NCBI GenBank assembly: GCA_040954595.2
Contig: CM082577.2
Location: forward strand, 4,340,305 to 4,404,304
DNA length: 64,000 nt
Direction of reading: 5' to 3'
Source of the DNA: Balanoglossus misakiensis
Lineage: Eukaryota; Animalia; Hemichordata
Shown here: positions 15,101 to 28,200 of the stretch, piece after piece
Layout: each line of letters begins with the position of its first letter
How positions within the stretch are numbered: position 1 is the stretch's first letter
Made by a program: the position numbers and the translations under genes
Notes under the pieces: generated by a model
Database searches by the model: none
Told to the model about the DNA's origin: nothing
What the model saw: the letters and a program-made list of their open reading frames with translations, nothing else

Positions 15101-18100
15101 GGCAGGACACCTGGCAAAAATTACATCACAGAGATAGAGGATGGTAAGATGACAGTGATATTAGCTTGATGTTGATATCATATTTGATTTCCAACTTTTT
15201 TGTTTGTTGGCTGTTTTCACTTGGAATTATTTTTTTGAAATTGTTAAATAAACAATCATTCACAGAATCCAGGCAGAGTTTCTTCAAAAGCCCCAAAAGA
15301 CACAGTATGGAAATGGCCAAGTTGAGTCCCAGGAGTCAAATACCACAGCCGTCTGAACGTGTCTACATCAATGGTGTTGACGATACCAATGGCACAATGG
15401 AAGGTAACTTTTACTTGAGAATGGTGCAGGGCTTTTTCCTGTATATGAAACAAACCTAGAGCAAAATGTAACGATTAGGTATTTCCTATCTGTACCAACT
15501 TAAATAACGACTTACATATCAATAATGGCAAATTCTATCTAGATGAATCAGAAGATGATGTCGCTGTCCTGGTCGGTCCAGAATTGCCAGACAAGAATGA
15601 AGAGGAGTTGTCTGCCACGGAAACAGAAGATGTAAGTGTTCAAAATGTTGCTTTTGTGTACAGTATAGCCCAAATGACCGTGTGATCTTTGGTTTGGTGC
15701 ATTATTCCATTGGTGGATAATTATTACAATATTAATGTGAAGCATTTAGGAAGTTCACAATGAACACTGTTTGTGGTTTGATATTCCAGGCTGAAGCAGG
15801 ACCTGCGGAAAGGCTGGGGTCAAGTTCAAGGGTCAAACAGCACCGGCAGCTGCGGTCGCCGGAAAAGGTGCCCGCACCGATGGATCTTGACCCGTCGGAG
15901 AGATCCGGCGTCTCCCACAGACCTCGTGTGATGAAGCACTTCCAGCAGAGAGAGAAACAATCACAAATGGCACAGGTAACATGTACATTGGTGTAGTGGT
16001 CTCAGCTCTGTCGTTGAAGTAGTGGTGTATACTTGCCGAAAGCAAGTTGCATTCCATGAATAGTGAACACTGCTTATGTTCTCATGGAACATGTTACATA
16101 GCAGTGACTTGAATCATACAGCCCAGTCACTTTGTTAAGCAACCTCTCTGCTGAATTCGAGTTAAACGTATTTCTGTGTTCATCGTCGATCTTGGCATTT
16201 CAGAGACGGTACACAGCAGCAGCGAGTCAGGCGGGATTGAAACTGAAATCGCTGATCGGTTACAACGGCAACGGCCGGGGCAACATGGTTTGGCATCCGG
16301 ACTCCGGCTTGTTCGCCTACTCCAGTGGATGTGTCATTGTCATCGAGGATTTGCATGCTGGTACTCAGAAACACCTGCTAGGTAAATGACCAATTGTGAT
16401 CGTCCAGGGCGCGCCGCACAGTGGTGGTGTGCATGGGAGATTTGCTGTGCCTCTGCGTGTATGTGTGTGTGCATGTTTCTGTGTGTGTCTGTGTCCACAT
16501 ACATGTAATTAGAGTCTGGTTATAGTTTCTGCTTTTGTAACTAGGCCAGTGGGTTCTGTTACCTTAACAACTCTTTGCATGGACTGGGAGATTGACATTT
16601 GCCCCTGTGCATGTCTATAGGTCTTTCTTACTCTCTTTATCTGACCTCTACTCTGCACATTTCAGCCATATATGGGTGTATGTAAATTGGAGGTGACAGT
16701 GTACCTTTAATATCCTGGTATGTGCTGTATTTCAAAGATGAACATTATCTCTTTCTTCACAGGCCACATAGAAGAAATCTCAACCATGGCACTGCAACAT
16801 GACGCCCAGGTGCTATCATCTGCCTCGGGTGCACACGGTCTGACGGCCAGTCAGATCTGTCTGTGGGACGTTGCAGCCGGGATTTGCAAGAAGGTGTTGT
16901 CGTACCATGAATACGACATGGTGTGCCTGGCATATTCCAGAGACGATAGGTTTCTAGTGTCTGTAGGTAAGTGGCAGGTCTTGATCGAAATTTTTGAAAA
17001 TATGTTATAAAAGTTAATTTATACACCAAATCAATTAAAAAAACCAACTTCCATAATGACATTTACCTTCATCTTCGTACTTGCATCCCACAGGTGATTA
17101 TCGTGAGTGTTCCATCGTCGTGTGGAACACCGCCGACTACAGCGTGCTGGCTGCCTCCAAGACAGCGTTACCCGTGCACGAGCTGCGTTGGGATCCGTAC
17201 TCGCCAAACGAGTTTGTGTCTGTCGGTGCTCGGGGCACCGTTCTCTTCTGGCTGCTGGACGAAACCCACCAGCAGTGCAGTCTGAACGTGCACGAAGCTG
17301 ATGTGCCCGAGGAATTGATGGAGTCACACCTGAAGGTAATACCTCAGTCAGTAATATTTGCTCAGATTATGCAAACCCTTTCAGCACAATGACTTAATCC
17401 TACCTCATCCTGCACCACCCATGATTGGCCAGAACGGGCCATGTGACACTATACACCAACTTTCCCATGGGAAATAGTCACAACTCAACTCACAGCAAGA
17501 TCATGTCTATCAACCTGCATTTTGCCTTGAAAAGTTTCTCTCTGCATGGATTGCACCAGCATAGTCATGACCTTTATGCCATGCTTTATGTTCTCTGTGT
17601 TTTCTTTGACAGGCCCTGGGCGATACAGAATTCACCAGCGTTGCCTTTGGGGGAGACAGCGTCCTCTATGTCGGGTCGAACACTGGCGTCCTGTCGGCCT
17701 GGGACACGAGGCACAACACGTGCTTCATGCACTGGGATGCTGACTCGGCTGAAATCAGTAAGTCTCTCGTAGTTGTATGCCAATAAGGTATGACAATGAG
17801 GCGCTAAGTTGGCTAACCCAGGCTGGCTTTCCTGGTTAACCCAGTGCTGACCCAGTTGGAAACGTAGAACTCCGATCTGTACTGTTGATTTACCGTTCTT
17901 TGTTTCGTGTCCTTTCTCCACAGCTGCTATCTGCAGCAAGTTTGGCAGCAGTCACATCATCACAGGCAGCGCCTCCAGAAATCTACGGCTGTGGTCCGTC
18001 TACGGCGTCAGTGACATGAGATTAAACCCCAGTAACCTCTACAACTGGTAATCAATAGTATTTAGTTACGATAAGATTCCATTGACGATAGAACACAAAG

Positions 18101-21055
18101 TGTATCTGAAAATTTCAGACAGATTAGATTATTGTGCTACCTGTGAACGTATATATGGCATTTGAAAACCGTCACTACACTACCGGTAAGTGGTAGCTGT
18201 GTATTTGTGTGTTGCATTTTTCCGGACACTGAATATTGGTAATTGTTGATTATTTCAGCACGCCAGGAAAAGGCCTCGTCATGGAAGATGAGATGGCCCT
18301 GGATGGAGGGATAACCAGTGCCGGATTTGACGACACCTTGGATATGGGAATTGTGGGCACGACAGCCGGCACGCTCTGGTACATCAACTGGATTGAGAGG
18401 ACCAGCATTAGACTTGTCAGCAGCCATGTTAATTTGGTAAGTGGGTCACATCCTGAGAAACAAATAAGAATAAGACAACCTCTATTGATTTTAGTCCTCA
18501 TTGTGGTCATGGCCACTCTTTAGATTTGTGGTTTTGACCATTGCATATCCAGAATTCATCAGACTTGTGTGACGATTTTTGGTCATGTTACTTTCACAGG
18601 TGAATGACATTGTATTCAATGATAGTGAGCAGTACTTTGCCAGCTGTGCTGACGACGGAAGTCTGAAAGTGTGGTCCATGAACGACATGGAACAGAAGCT
18701 GCAGTTCCAAGTGGCAGATCAGGTAATTCATCTCAGGAACTGTCATTTTGTCACGATTGGAGTAAGTCAGGATGACTCATTAGCAACATTTGGCATCAAT
18801 CCATAATCAAGATATCCTCTATCAAAATGTTGTGCTTGTAGCACACTGGGATCAACTGGGTGGCATTTTGCATGAGCTTTTCAAGGCATGTAGTCCCCCA
18901 CATCTTAAATAAGTGAAGAAAACACATGGCTGTTGACAGGTGCCTGTGACTAGACTTTCTACACCTGACTGTGTTATACACTGTCACAAAATTATACAAT
19001 GAAATAACCTGGAAAAGTTGACCCAGTATCGATTTCCAGGAAGTGTATACCTCAGGAACGAGTGATACTGTCACTCTAATAAGTTTTTGTAGTTTTTGAA
19101 CAAGTATTAAGAGATTTTTGTGTTCACCTTTTCAATTTCTCTCCCCTAAGGCATGCACCTGTTTGGCATTCAGTCCGGACGGCAGTTCTGCGTCCGACAA
19201 ATCAACCGACGTGTCTCAGAGCACAGATCTTGACGTGCCGTCGCCGACGCCGCAGAAGATCGCGGCTGGCTACAGCGACGGAACCGTGCGAGTGTTTGAC
19301 TTGAAGAAAGTCGACATGATTCTGAAGATGCATTCTCATTCAGTGGCCGTCACTAAGGTGGTGTTCTCTCCCGACGGTAAGTCCGTAGTCGTAGAAAAAA
19401 TTGTTGGTGTCACTGGACAGACATCTGATGTAGCTTTGTGTCTTGGGGTTTTCTCGACAAATAAGAAATAAGATGGACAGTAAGGTGGTGATGTGAGGCT
19501 GATACAGAAAAATCAATTAAAAACATACAAATTAGATGGTTAATTGTTAGTATTTGTTTCTCCTCTACAGGCGCAGTGATTCTGTCCGGTGGTAGTGATG
19601 GCCTGATAGCCGTCAGCAGTCCGGCCACTGGCATGACCATCCGTGTGATAAGTGACCACAAGGGGGCGCCCATCACTGACATGCATGTCACATCAAAACA
19701 TGTGAGTCTACACTATCGAAATTACTTACTTTAGGTCTCATCGACACCACAGGCAGTACACCCTAACAAACACATGCCTACAGTTAACATGTCTCTCCTC
19801 CACTCAGGAAATCTGCGACAATAGCCTACCGGCGACAACTGTGTGGTTGGCAGCCAGTGCGGACAGGAGAGTCAGCGTTTGGGTGGCTGACTGGTCCAAG
19901 GATTCGTGCGAACTGATGGACTGGCTGACGTTCCCTGCCCCGGCATTTACTCCAGACGGCGCACCCATCAGGAAAGGAGACATTGTAAGTGCCCAACCAA
20001 TCATCAAATGTATAAAGAAAAGAGCTCAGAAGTCGGTCAGGCAGAAGTAAAATTATCGCTTAATTGTACACCACAGTCTATAAAAAGAAATAACACAGAC
20101 TGTTGCATAGTTTAACAAGCGTGAATCCCAGGCCATGATTCTGTTGTTTAAGTTCATGATTGTGGTAAGACTTAATTACAACTAATTATGAAATGACCGT
20201 TCGTTGATTCACTCCCTACCAGTCGAGCTACAGACTACTTCCGCCCAGCTTGGCCAGATTCTCGCCTAGTGAGCCGGACATCATCATCTACGCTGGTTAC
20301 GGAATGCAGAAACAGATCCAGTTCTACAGCATGTCGCAGAGGAAGGTCAGTATTGAAGTTGAAGGTGTCATCATCATGTAACGGGCACCGTCATGGTCAT
20401 AGCAGGTTCAATGTCAGAGTCAGACGAGCTTTATTGCTTTCCAATAAAGTGATTGGATCTGATTATACAAACGAAATAGGGAAAGGGGCCACGGTATTTT
20501 AATGAACTGTTAACAAAACCCACTCTTTGCTATTTCAATAAAATTGACACTTTCAAGTTTCATTAAAATCTCAGAACTTGAGGGGAATCGCCATCCCCCA
20601 CTCCCACCCAAAGCTTTGTAAAAATATAACATGGATTGGAAATAATCTCTTCATTTTCCTCTTCCAGGTTATTCGCACGGCTGCACTGACACACTGGGCC
20701 ACGGATCTTGCTGTCTCCCCGTCAGGACATGTGATCGCGACAGGAGCTAGTGGTAAGACTTGCCTTAATTTCCTTCTATGTGTTTTTTTAAAAAACAGCT
20801 TTAAAGGGTGGCTCCTTGGAGTAAACTCAACCGACAGACATATTTTAAAAAAATCAACACTTGAAGTCACAATACTGCTTTTTATTTCGTCCATGCACAG
20901 AACGTTTGGTGAAATTGATCGATTACTACGAGGGCAGCTTCCAGGACTTCACTGGTCACAACGACACGGTCAGTCTCGTCGCGTTCTCGCCGTCCGGCAG
21001 ATTCCTTCTCAGCGTTGGGTACAACGAGATCATCGCCTGGGAGGTGGCCATCTGA
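118..21055 (+). CDS. WDR90: WD repeat-containing protein 90 (POC16 orthologue; centriolar protein with N-terminal CFAP20/DUF667-like domain and many WD40 repeats); 38 coding exons in the window, start exon upstream
   Basis: N-terminus WQHPFVNVFKH...EWKK.AKEGEV...YRITGSIPAGNYIQLPKTSTQSLGLTGRYFYLLFKPLP...RISFSNLFKEFKSTSTWLQFP matches WDR90 as I recall it. GT-AG exons: 118-209, 1849-2164, 2378-2672, 6845-6971, 8224-8283, 8927-9082, 9734-9793, 10164-10232, 10353-10463, 10669-10814, 11094-11151, 11348-11466, 11656-11817, 12124-12242, 12410-12526, 12662-12897, 13231-13370, 13517-13775, 14039-14206, 14490-14618, 14735-14868, 15100-15143, 15266-15403, 15543-15631, 15790-15975, 16204-16381, 16763-16966, 17094-17335, 17613-17757, 17924-18047, 18259-18436, 18600-18722, 19151-19376, 19571-19701, 19808-19984, 20223-20345, 20668-20752, 20901-21055 (TGA). 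Phases are consistent; total 5621 nt, about 1870 aa. Confidence 0.93.
1849..2672 (+). CDS. WDR90: WDR90 exons encoding the CFAP20/DUF667-like domain (1849-2164, 2378-2672)
   Basis: DKQLKCTVYRITGS...WLQFP and RWTVLSLDFQYILSMYLNRKYSYLKNVRLCANMQVKNVFTSDMQYEP are CFAP20-type motifs; canonical splice sites. Confidence 0.88.
8085..8103. repeat. poly-G run (19 G) in WDR90 intron
   Basis: Seen directly. Confidence 0.9.
10000..10092. mobile_element. Short TTAA-flanked MITE-like element with piggyBac-type ends
   Basis: Left end TTAACCCTTTCACCAC; right end reverse-complemented TTAACGCTGCCACCCC (12/16 match); internal hairpin ACAATGG...CCATTGT. Confidence 0.45.
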
Positions 21056-21459
21056 ACTTCAAGCAGTGAAATCACACTTTCTTAAACCCTTGCTTCTTGA
21101 CCTCATGGCGACCTGTGACATCATTCAGTTGGAAATCTGTTTCTGTCAACTTTCTTTCTTACAACTCGTATCTCCTTCAGACACATGCGTACTACATGAA
21201 CTAATATAGCATGTGGAAGATCACTTCTATAGATATCTATGTATATATTAAAGCTTAGTTGTTCATGCATTCTCATTTTCCACTGCCTCAAACTTTTGTG
21301 TGATGTGATTTGCTTTCTCTGAAATTACTTTCTTTAGCCGTCTTGTATATATGATTGAAGTCATGTATTACTGCCACTGAGAATTTAAGCTCATGTTGTT
21401 ACTTTATATCTGTGTGTTAAATGCCAGTTTGAGTGCATTTAAATATGATGTAATATTTA

Positions 21460-21602
21460 AGCAATAAAACACCCCCAGCCATGGTATATCACGAGATTTT
21501 GACCAGTTCACGACATATACGCACGAGCGATAGCGAGTGCGTATATGGAGTTGAACTGGTCAAAATCGAGTGGTATACCATGGCTGGGGGTGTTTTATTG
21601 CT
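21460..21602. mobile_element. 143-bp imperfect palindrome (foldback/MITE-like, possibly non-autonomous Crypton-type; element may extend to ~21765)
   Basis: AGCAATAAAACACCCCCAGCCATGGTATA pairs perfectly with TATACCATGGCTGGGGGTGTTTTATTGCT; GATTTTGACCAGTTCA with TGAACTGGTCAAAATC; CATATACGCAC with GTGCGTATATG; central GCGATAGC. The family assignment is inference. Confidence 0.7.
21463..21468 (+). promoter_or_regulatory. Candidate poly(A) signal of WDR90
   Basis: First AATAAA I see after the stop at 21055; another lies at about 21795. Confidence 0.4.
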
Positions 21603-22207
21603 ATTATATTATGCCAGTATATTGAAACTTTGCATAAAACATTTTAAAAAGGCATTTTCTTTAACTATGATATATGACTGTGGTATATGGCTAATATATC
21701 ACGGTCACGTGTCGTGTCTCGACCAATCAAATAGTGTGATTTACACCATCAATATACTGGTATAATATAATAAGGGATATAGTTTGTTTTAGAAAATAAA
21801 CCAATGTTTTGTGGTTGCATACTGTTGACTTTTCATGGTTTTATAGAATGAATGATGAGATGTTTTTTCTGTCACAGCCAATCCCCAATTCCGAGATCTA
21901 ATTTGTCCATCTGATAATAATTGCACCCACGGCAAATGTGAATAATATACAGATTAGGATAATCACCATTTGTGATAACAAATTTGATCAAGTAATTTTT
22001 GATTCGGAATTAAAGAATAATTTTGGAGGTTTTTGTGTGTGCGTTTCCTGCATAGAGATAATTGTCACCGAAACTCATCGAAAATGTATTTTAAGGGAAA
22101 ATTGCTTTCTGTTAAAAATGGATGACAGTGCCGGAACTTAACTTAATAAGAAATAATTAGATCTTCAACGTGGATCAATATAAGTTGAAAGGAGTGCAGT
22201 GGTGTTT

Positions 22208-22241
22208 TATAAAACAAAGTGGCATAGCTCCTGCGTCAGAA
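22208..22241 (+). promoter_or_regulatory. TATA box and initiator-like motif of the small secreted-protein gene
   Basis: TATAAAA at 22208-22214; TCAGAA with the A at 22238 (30 nt downstream); ATG at 22268. Confidence 0.55.
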
Positions 22242-22267
22242 CTGGCGGGCTTTAAACCAATTTCGAG

Positions 22268-25200
22268 ATGAAGACCGTCATTTTTCAAATACTTTTACTG
22301 GTACTATTGGGTACAGTATTCGGTAAGTTCTTTTATTTTATAATGTTTAAGACTCATTGGAATTTGACCAATGAGTATTTATTGTGTTTTGTGGTCGACT
22401 CTGGTTCCATAGGTCATGAAAATTGTCGAAAGATGAAAAATTCTCGACTTTGCGAAACTTGGTGATTTTGTCATTTTTGAACATTTTTCATGGGTTATAG
22501 CTCATGAAAATCATCAAAAAATGGCAATTTTTCGTCTTAGCGAATTTTCAAAATTTCTTCATTTTTTAATAAAAATCATGGGTTATAGCTCATGAAAATC
22601 ATCCCAAAATGACAATTTTTCGACTTTGCGAATTTTCAAAAATTCTTCATTTTTAAAAAAAAATCATGGGTTATAGCTCATGAAAATCATCCCAAAATGA
22701 CAATTTTTCGACTTTGCGAATTTTCGAAATTTCTTCATTTTTTAATAAAAATCATGGGTTATAGCTCATGAAAATCATCCCAAAATGACAATTTCTCGAC
22801 TTTGCGGAATTTCAAAAGTTGGCCGATTTTTGAAAAAATCATGGGTTATAGCTCATGAAAATCATCCAAAAATGAGAATTTTTCGACTTTGCGGAATTTC
22901 AAAATTTGGCCGATTTTTGAAAAAATCATGGGTTATAGCTCATGAAAATCATCCCAAAATGACAATTTTTCGACTTTGCGGAATTTCAAAAGTTGGCCGA
23001 TTTTTGAAAAAATCATGGGTTATAGCTCATGAAAATAATCCAAAAATGAGAATTTTTCGACTTTGCGGAATTTAAAAATTTGGCCGATTTTTGAAAAAAT
23101 CATGGGTTATAGCTCATGAAAATCATCCAAAAATGAGAATTTTTCGACTTTGCGGAATTTCAAAATATGGCCGATTTTTGAAAAAATCATGGGTTATAGC
23201 TCATGAAAATCATCCAAAAATGAGAATTTTTCGACTTTGCGGAATTTCAAAAGTTGGCCGATTTTTGAAAAAAATCATGGGTTATAGCTCATGAAAATCA
23301 TCCAAAAATGAGAATTTTTCGACTTTGCGGAATTTCAAAATTTGGCCGATTTTTGAAAAAATCATGGGTTATAGCTCATGAAAATCATCCAAAAATGAGA
23401 ATTTTTCGACTTTGCGGAATTTCAAAATTTGGCCGATTTTTGAAAAAATCATGGGTTATAGCTCATGAAAATCACCCAAAAATGAGAATTTTTCGACTTT
23501 GCGGAATTTCAAAATTTGGCCGATTTTTGAAAAAATTATGGGTTATAGCTCATGAAGATCATCCAAAAAAGAGAATTTTTCGACTTTGCGGAATTTCAAA
23601 ATATGGCCGATTTTTGAAAAAATCATGGGTTATAGCTCATGAAAATCATCCAAAAATGAGAATTTTTCGACTTTGCGGAATTTCAAAAGTTGGCCTATTT
23701 TTGAAAAAATCATGGGTTATAGCTCATGAAACTCATCCAAAAATGAGAATTTTTCGACTTTGCGGAATTTCAAAATTTGGCCAATTTTTGAAAAAATCAT
23801 GGGTTATAGCTCATGAAAATCATCCAAAAATGAGAATTTTTCGACTTTGCGGAATTTCAAAATTTGGCCGATTTTTGAAAAAATCATGGGGTATAGCTCA
23901 TGAAATCATCCAAAAATGAGAATTTTTCGACTTTGCGGAATTTCAAAATTTGGCCGATTTTTGAAAAAATCATGGCTTATAGCTCATGAAAATCATCCAA
24001 AAATGAGAATTTTTCGACTTTGCGGAATTTCAAAATTTGGCCGATTTTTGAAAAATCATGGGTTATAGCTCATGAAAATCATCCAAAAATGAGAATTTTT
24101 CGACTTTGCGGAATTTCAAAAGTTGGCCGATTTTTGAAAAAATCATGGGTTATAGCTCATGAAAATCATATAAAAATGTGAATTTTTTGACTTTGCGGAA
24201 TTTCAAAATTTGGCCGATTTTTGAAAAAATTATGGGTTATAGCTCATGAAAATCATCCAAAAATGAGAATTTTTCGACTTTGCGGAATTTCAAAATATGG
24301 CCGATTTTTGAAAAAATCATGGCTTATAGCTCATGAAAATCATCCAAAAATGAGAATTTTTCGACTTTGCGGAATTTCAAAATTTGGCCGATTTTTGAAA
24401 AAATCATGGGTTATAGCTCATGAAAATCATCCAAAAATGAGAATTTTTCGACTTTGCGGAATTTCAAAAGTTGGCCGATTTTTGAAAAAATCATGGGTTA
24501 TAGCTCATGAAAATCATATAAAAATGTGAATTTTTTGACTTTGCGGAATTTCAAAATTTGGCCGATTTTTGAAAAAATTATGGGTTATAGCTCATGAAAA
24601 CCATCCAAAAAAGAGAATTTTTCGACTTTGCGGAATTTCAAAATATGGCCGATTTTTGAAAAAATCATGGGTTATAGCTCATGAAAATCATCCAAAAATG
24701 AGAATTTTTCGACTTTGCGGAATTTCAAAAGTTGGCCTATTTTTGAAAAAATCAGGGGTTATAGCTCATGAAACTCATCCAAAAATGATAATTTTTCGAC
24801 TTTGCGGAATTTCAAAATTTGGCCGTTTTTTGAAAAAATCATGGGTTATAGCTCATGAAAATCATCCAAAAATGAGAATATTTCGACTTTGCGGAATTTC
24901 AAAAGTTGGCCGATTTTTGAAAAAATCATGGGGTATAGCTCATGAAAATCATCCAAAAATGAGAATTTTTCGACTTTGCGGAATTTCAAAAGTTGGCCGA
25001 TTTTTGAAAAAAATCATGGGTTATAGCTCATGAAAATCATCCAAAAATGAGAATTTTTCGACTTTGCGGAATTTCAAAATTTGGCCGATTTTTGAAAAAA
25101 TCATGGGTTATAGCTCATGAAAATCATCCAAAAATGAGAATTTTTCGACTTTGCGGAATTTCAAAATTTGGCCGATTTTTGAAAAAATCATGGGTTATAG

Positions 25201-28200
25201 CTCATGAAAATCATCCAAAAATGAGAATTTTTCGACTTTGCGGAATTTCAAAATTTGGCCGATTTTTGAAAAAATCATGGGTTATAGCTCATGAAAATCA
25301 CCCAAAAATGAGAATTTTTCGACTTTGCGGAATTTCAAAATTTGGCCGATTTTTGAAAAAATTATGGGTTATAGCTCATGAAGATCATCCAAAAAAGAGA
25401 ATTTTTCGACTTTGCGGAATTTCAAAATATGGCCGATTTTTGAAAAAATCATGGGTTATAGCTCATGAAAATCATCCAAAAATGAGAATTTTTCGACTTT
25501 GCGGAATTTCAAAAGTTGGCCTATTTTTGAAAAAATCATGGGTTATAGCTCATGAAACTCATCCAAAAATGAGAATTTTTCGACTTTGCGGAATTTCAAA
25601 ATTTGGCCAATTTTTGAAAAAATCATGGGTTATAGCTCATGAAAATCATCCAAAAATGAGAATTTTTCGACTTTGCGGAATTTCAAAATTTGGCCGATTT
25701 TTGAAAAAATCATGGGGTATAGCTCATGAAAATCATCCAAAAATGAGAATTTTTCGACTTTGCGGAATTTCAAAATTTGGCCGATTTTTGAAAAAATCAT
25801 GGGTTATAGCTCATGAAAATCATCCAAAAATGAGAATTTTTCGACTTTGCGGAATTTCAAAATTTGGCCGATTTTTGAAAAAATCATGGGTTATAGCTCA
25901 TGAAAATCATCCAAAAATGAGAATTTTTCGACTTTGCGGAATTTCAAAATTTGGCCGATTTTTGAAAAATCATGGGTTATAGCTCATGAAAATCATCCAA
26001 AAATGAGAATTTTTCGACTTTGCGGAATTTCAAAAGTTGGCCGATTTTTGAAAAAATCGTGGGTTATAGCTCATGAAAATCATATAAAAATGTGAATTTT
26101 TTGACTTTGCGGAATTTCAAAATTTGGCCGATTTTTGAAAAAATTATGGGTTATAGCTCATGAAAATCATCCAAAAATGAGAATTTTTCGACTTTGCGGA
26201 ATTTCAAAATATGGCCGATTTTTGAAAAAATCATGGGTTATAGCTCATGAAAATCATCCAAAAATGAGAATTTTTCGACTTTGCGGAATTTCAAAATTTG
26301 GCCGATTTTTGAAAAAATCATGGGTTATAGCTCATGAAAATCATCCAAAAATGAGAATTTTTCGACTTTGCGGAATTTCAAAAGTTGGCCGATTTTTGAA
26401 AAAATCATGGGTTATAGCTCATGAAAATCATATAAAAATGTGAATTTTTTGACTTTGCGGAATTTCAAAATTTGGCCGATTTTTGAAAAAATTATGGGTT
26501 ATAGCTCATGAAAACCATCCAAAAAAGAGAATTTTTCGACTTTGCGGAATTTCAAAATATGGCCGATTTTTGAAAAAATCATGGGTTATAGCTCATGAAA
26601 ATCATCCAAAAATGAGAATTTTTCGACTTTGCGGAATTTCAAAAGTTGGCCTATTTTTGAAAAAATCATGGGTTATAGCTCATGAAACTCATCCAAAAAT
26701 GATAATTTTTCGACTTTGCGGAATTTCAAAATTTGGCCGTATTTTGAAAAAATCATGGGTTATAGCTCATGAAAATCATCCAAAAATGAGAATATTTCGA
26801 CTTTGCGGAATTTCAAAAGTTGGCCGATTTTTGAAAAAATCATGGGGTATAGCTCATGAAAATCATCCAAAAATGAGAATTTTTCGACTTTGCGGAATTT
26901 CAAAATTTGGCCGATTTTTGAAAAAATCATGGGTTATAGCTCATGAAAATCATCCAAAAATGAGAATTTTTCGACTTTGCGGAATTTCAAAATTTGGCCG
27001 ATTTTTGAAAAAATCATGGGTTATAGCTCATGAAAATCATATAAAAATGAGAATTTTTCGACTTTGCGGAATTTCAAAATTTGGCCGATTTTTGAAAAAA
27101 TCATGGGTTATAGCTCATGAAAATCATATAAAAATGTGAATTTTTTTACTTTGCGGAATTTCAAAATTTGGCCGATTTTTGAAAAAATTATGGGTTATAG
27201 CTCATGAAAATCATCCAAAAATGAGAATTTTTCGACTTTGCGGAATTTCAAAATATGGCCGATTTTTGAAAAAATCATGGGTTATAGCTCATGAAAATCA
27301 TCCAAAAATGAGAATTTTTCGACTTTGCGGAATTTCAAAATTTGGCCGATTTTTGAAAAAATCATGGGTTATAGCTCATGAAAATCATCCAAAAATGAGA
27401 ATTTTTCGACTTTGCGGAATTTCAAAATTTGGCCGATTTTTGAAAAAATCATGGGTTATAGCTCATGAAAATCATCCAAAAATGAGAATTTTTCGACTTT
27501 GCGGAATTTCAAAATTTGGCCGATTTTTGAAAAAATTATGGGTTATAGCTCATGAAGATCATCCAAAAAAGAGAATTTTTCGACTTTGCGGAATTTCAAA
27601 ATATGGCCGATTTTTGAAAAAATCATGGGTTATAGCTCATGAAAATCATCCAAAAATGAGAATTTTTCGACTTTGCGGAATTTCAAAAGTTGGCCTATTT
27701 TTGAAAAAATCATGGGTTATAGCTCATGAAACTCATCCAAAAATGAGAATTTTTCGACTTTGCGGAATTTCAAAATTTGGCCAATTTTTGAAAAAATCAT
27801 GGGTTATAGCTCATGAAAATCATCCAAAAATGAGAATTTTTCGACTTTGCGGAATTTCAAAATTTGGCCGATTTTTGAAAAAATCATGGGGTATAGCTCA
27901 TGAAAATCATCCAAAAATGAGAATTTTTCGACTTTGCGGAATTTCAAAATTTGGCCGATTTTTGAAAAAATCATGGGTTATAGCTCATGAAAATCATCCA
28001 AAAATGAGAATTTTTCGACTTTGCGGAATTTCAAAATTTGGCCGATTTTTGAAAAAATCATGGGTTATAGCTCATGAAATTCATCCAAAAATGAGAATTT
28101 TTCGACTTTGCGGAATTTCAAAATTTGGCCGATTTTTGAAAAAATCATGGGTTATAGCTCATGAAAATCATCCAAAAATGAGAATTTTTCGACTTTGCGG

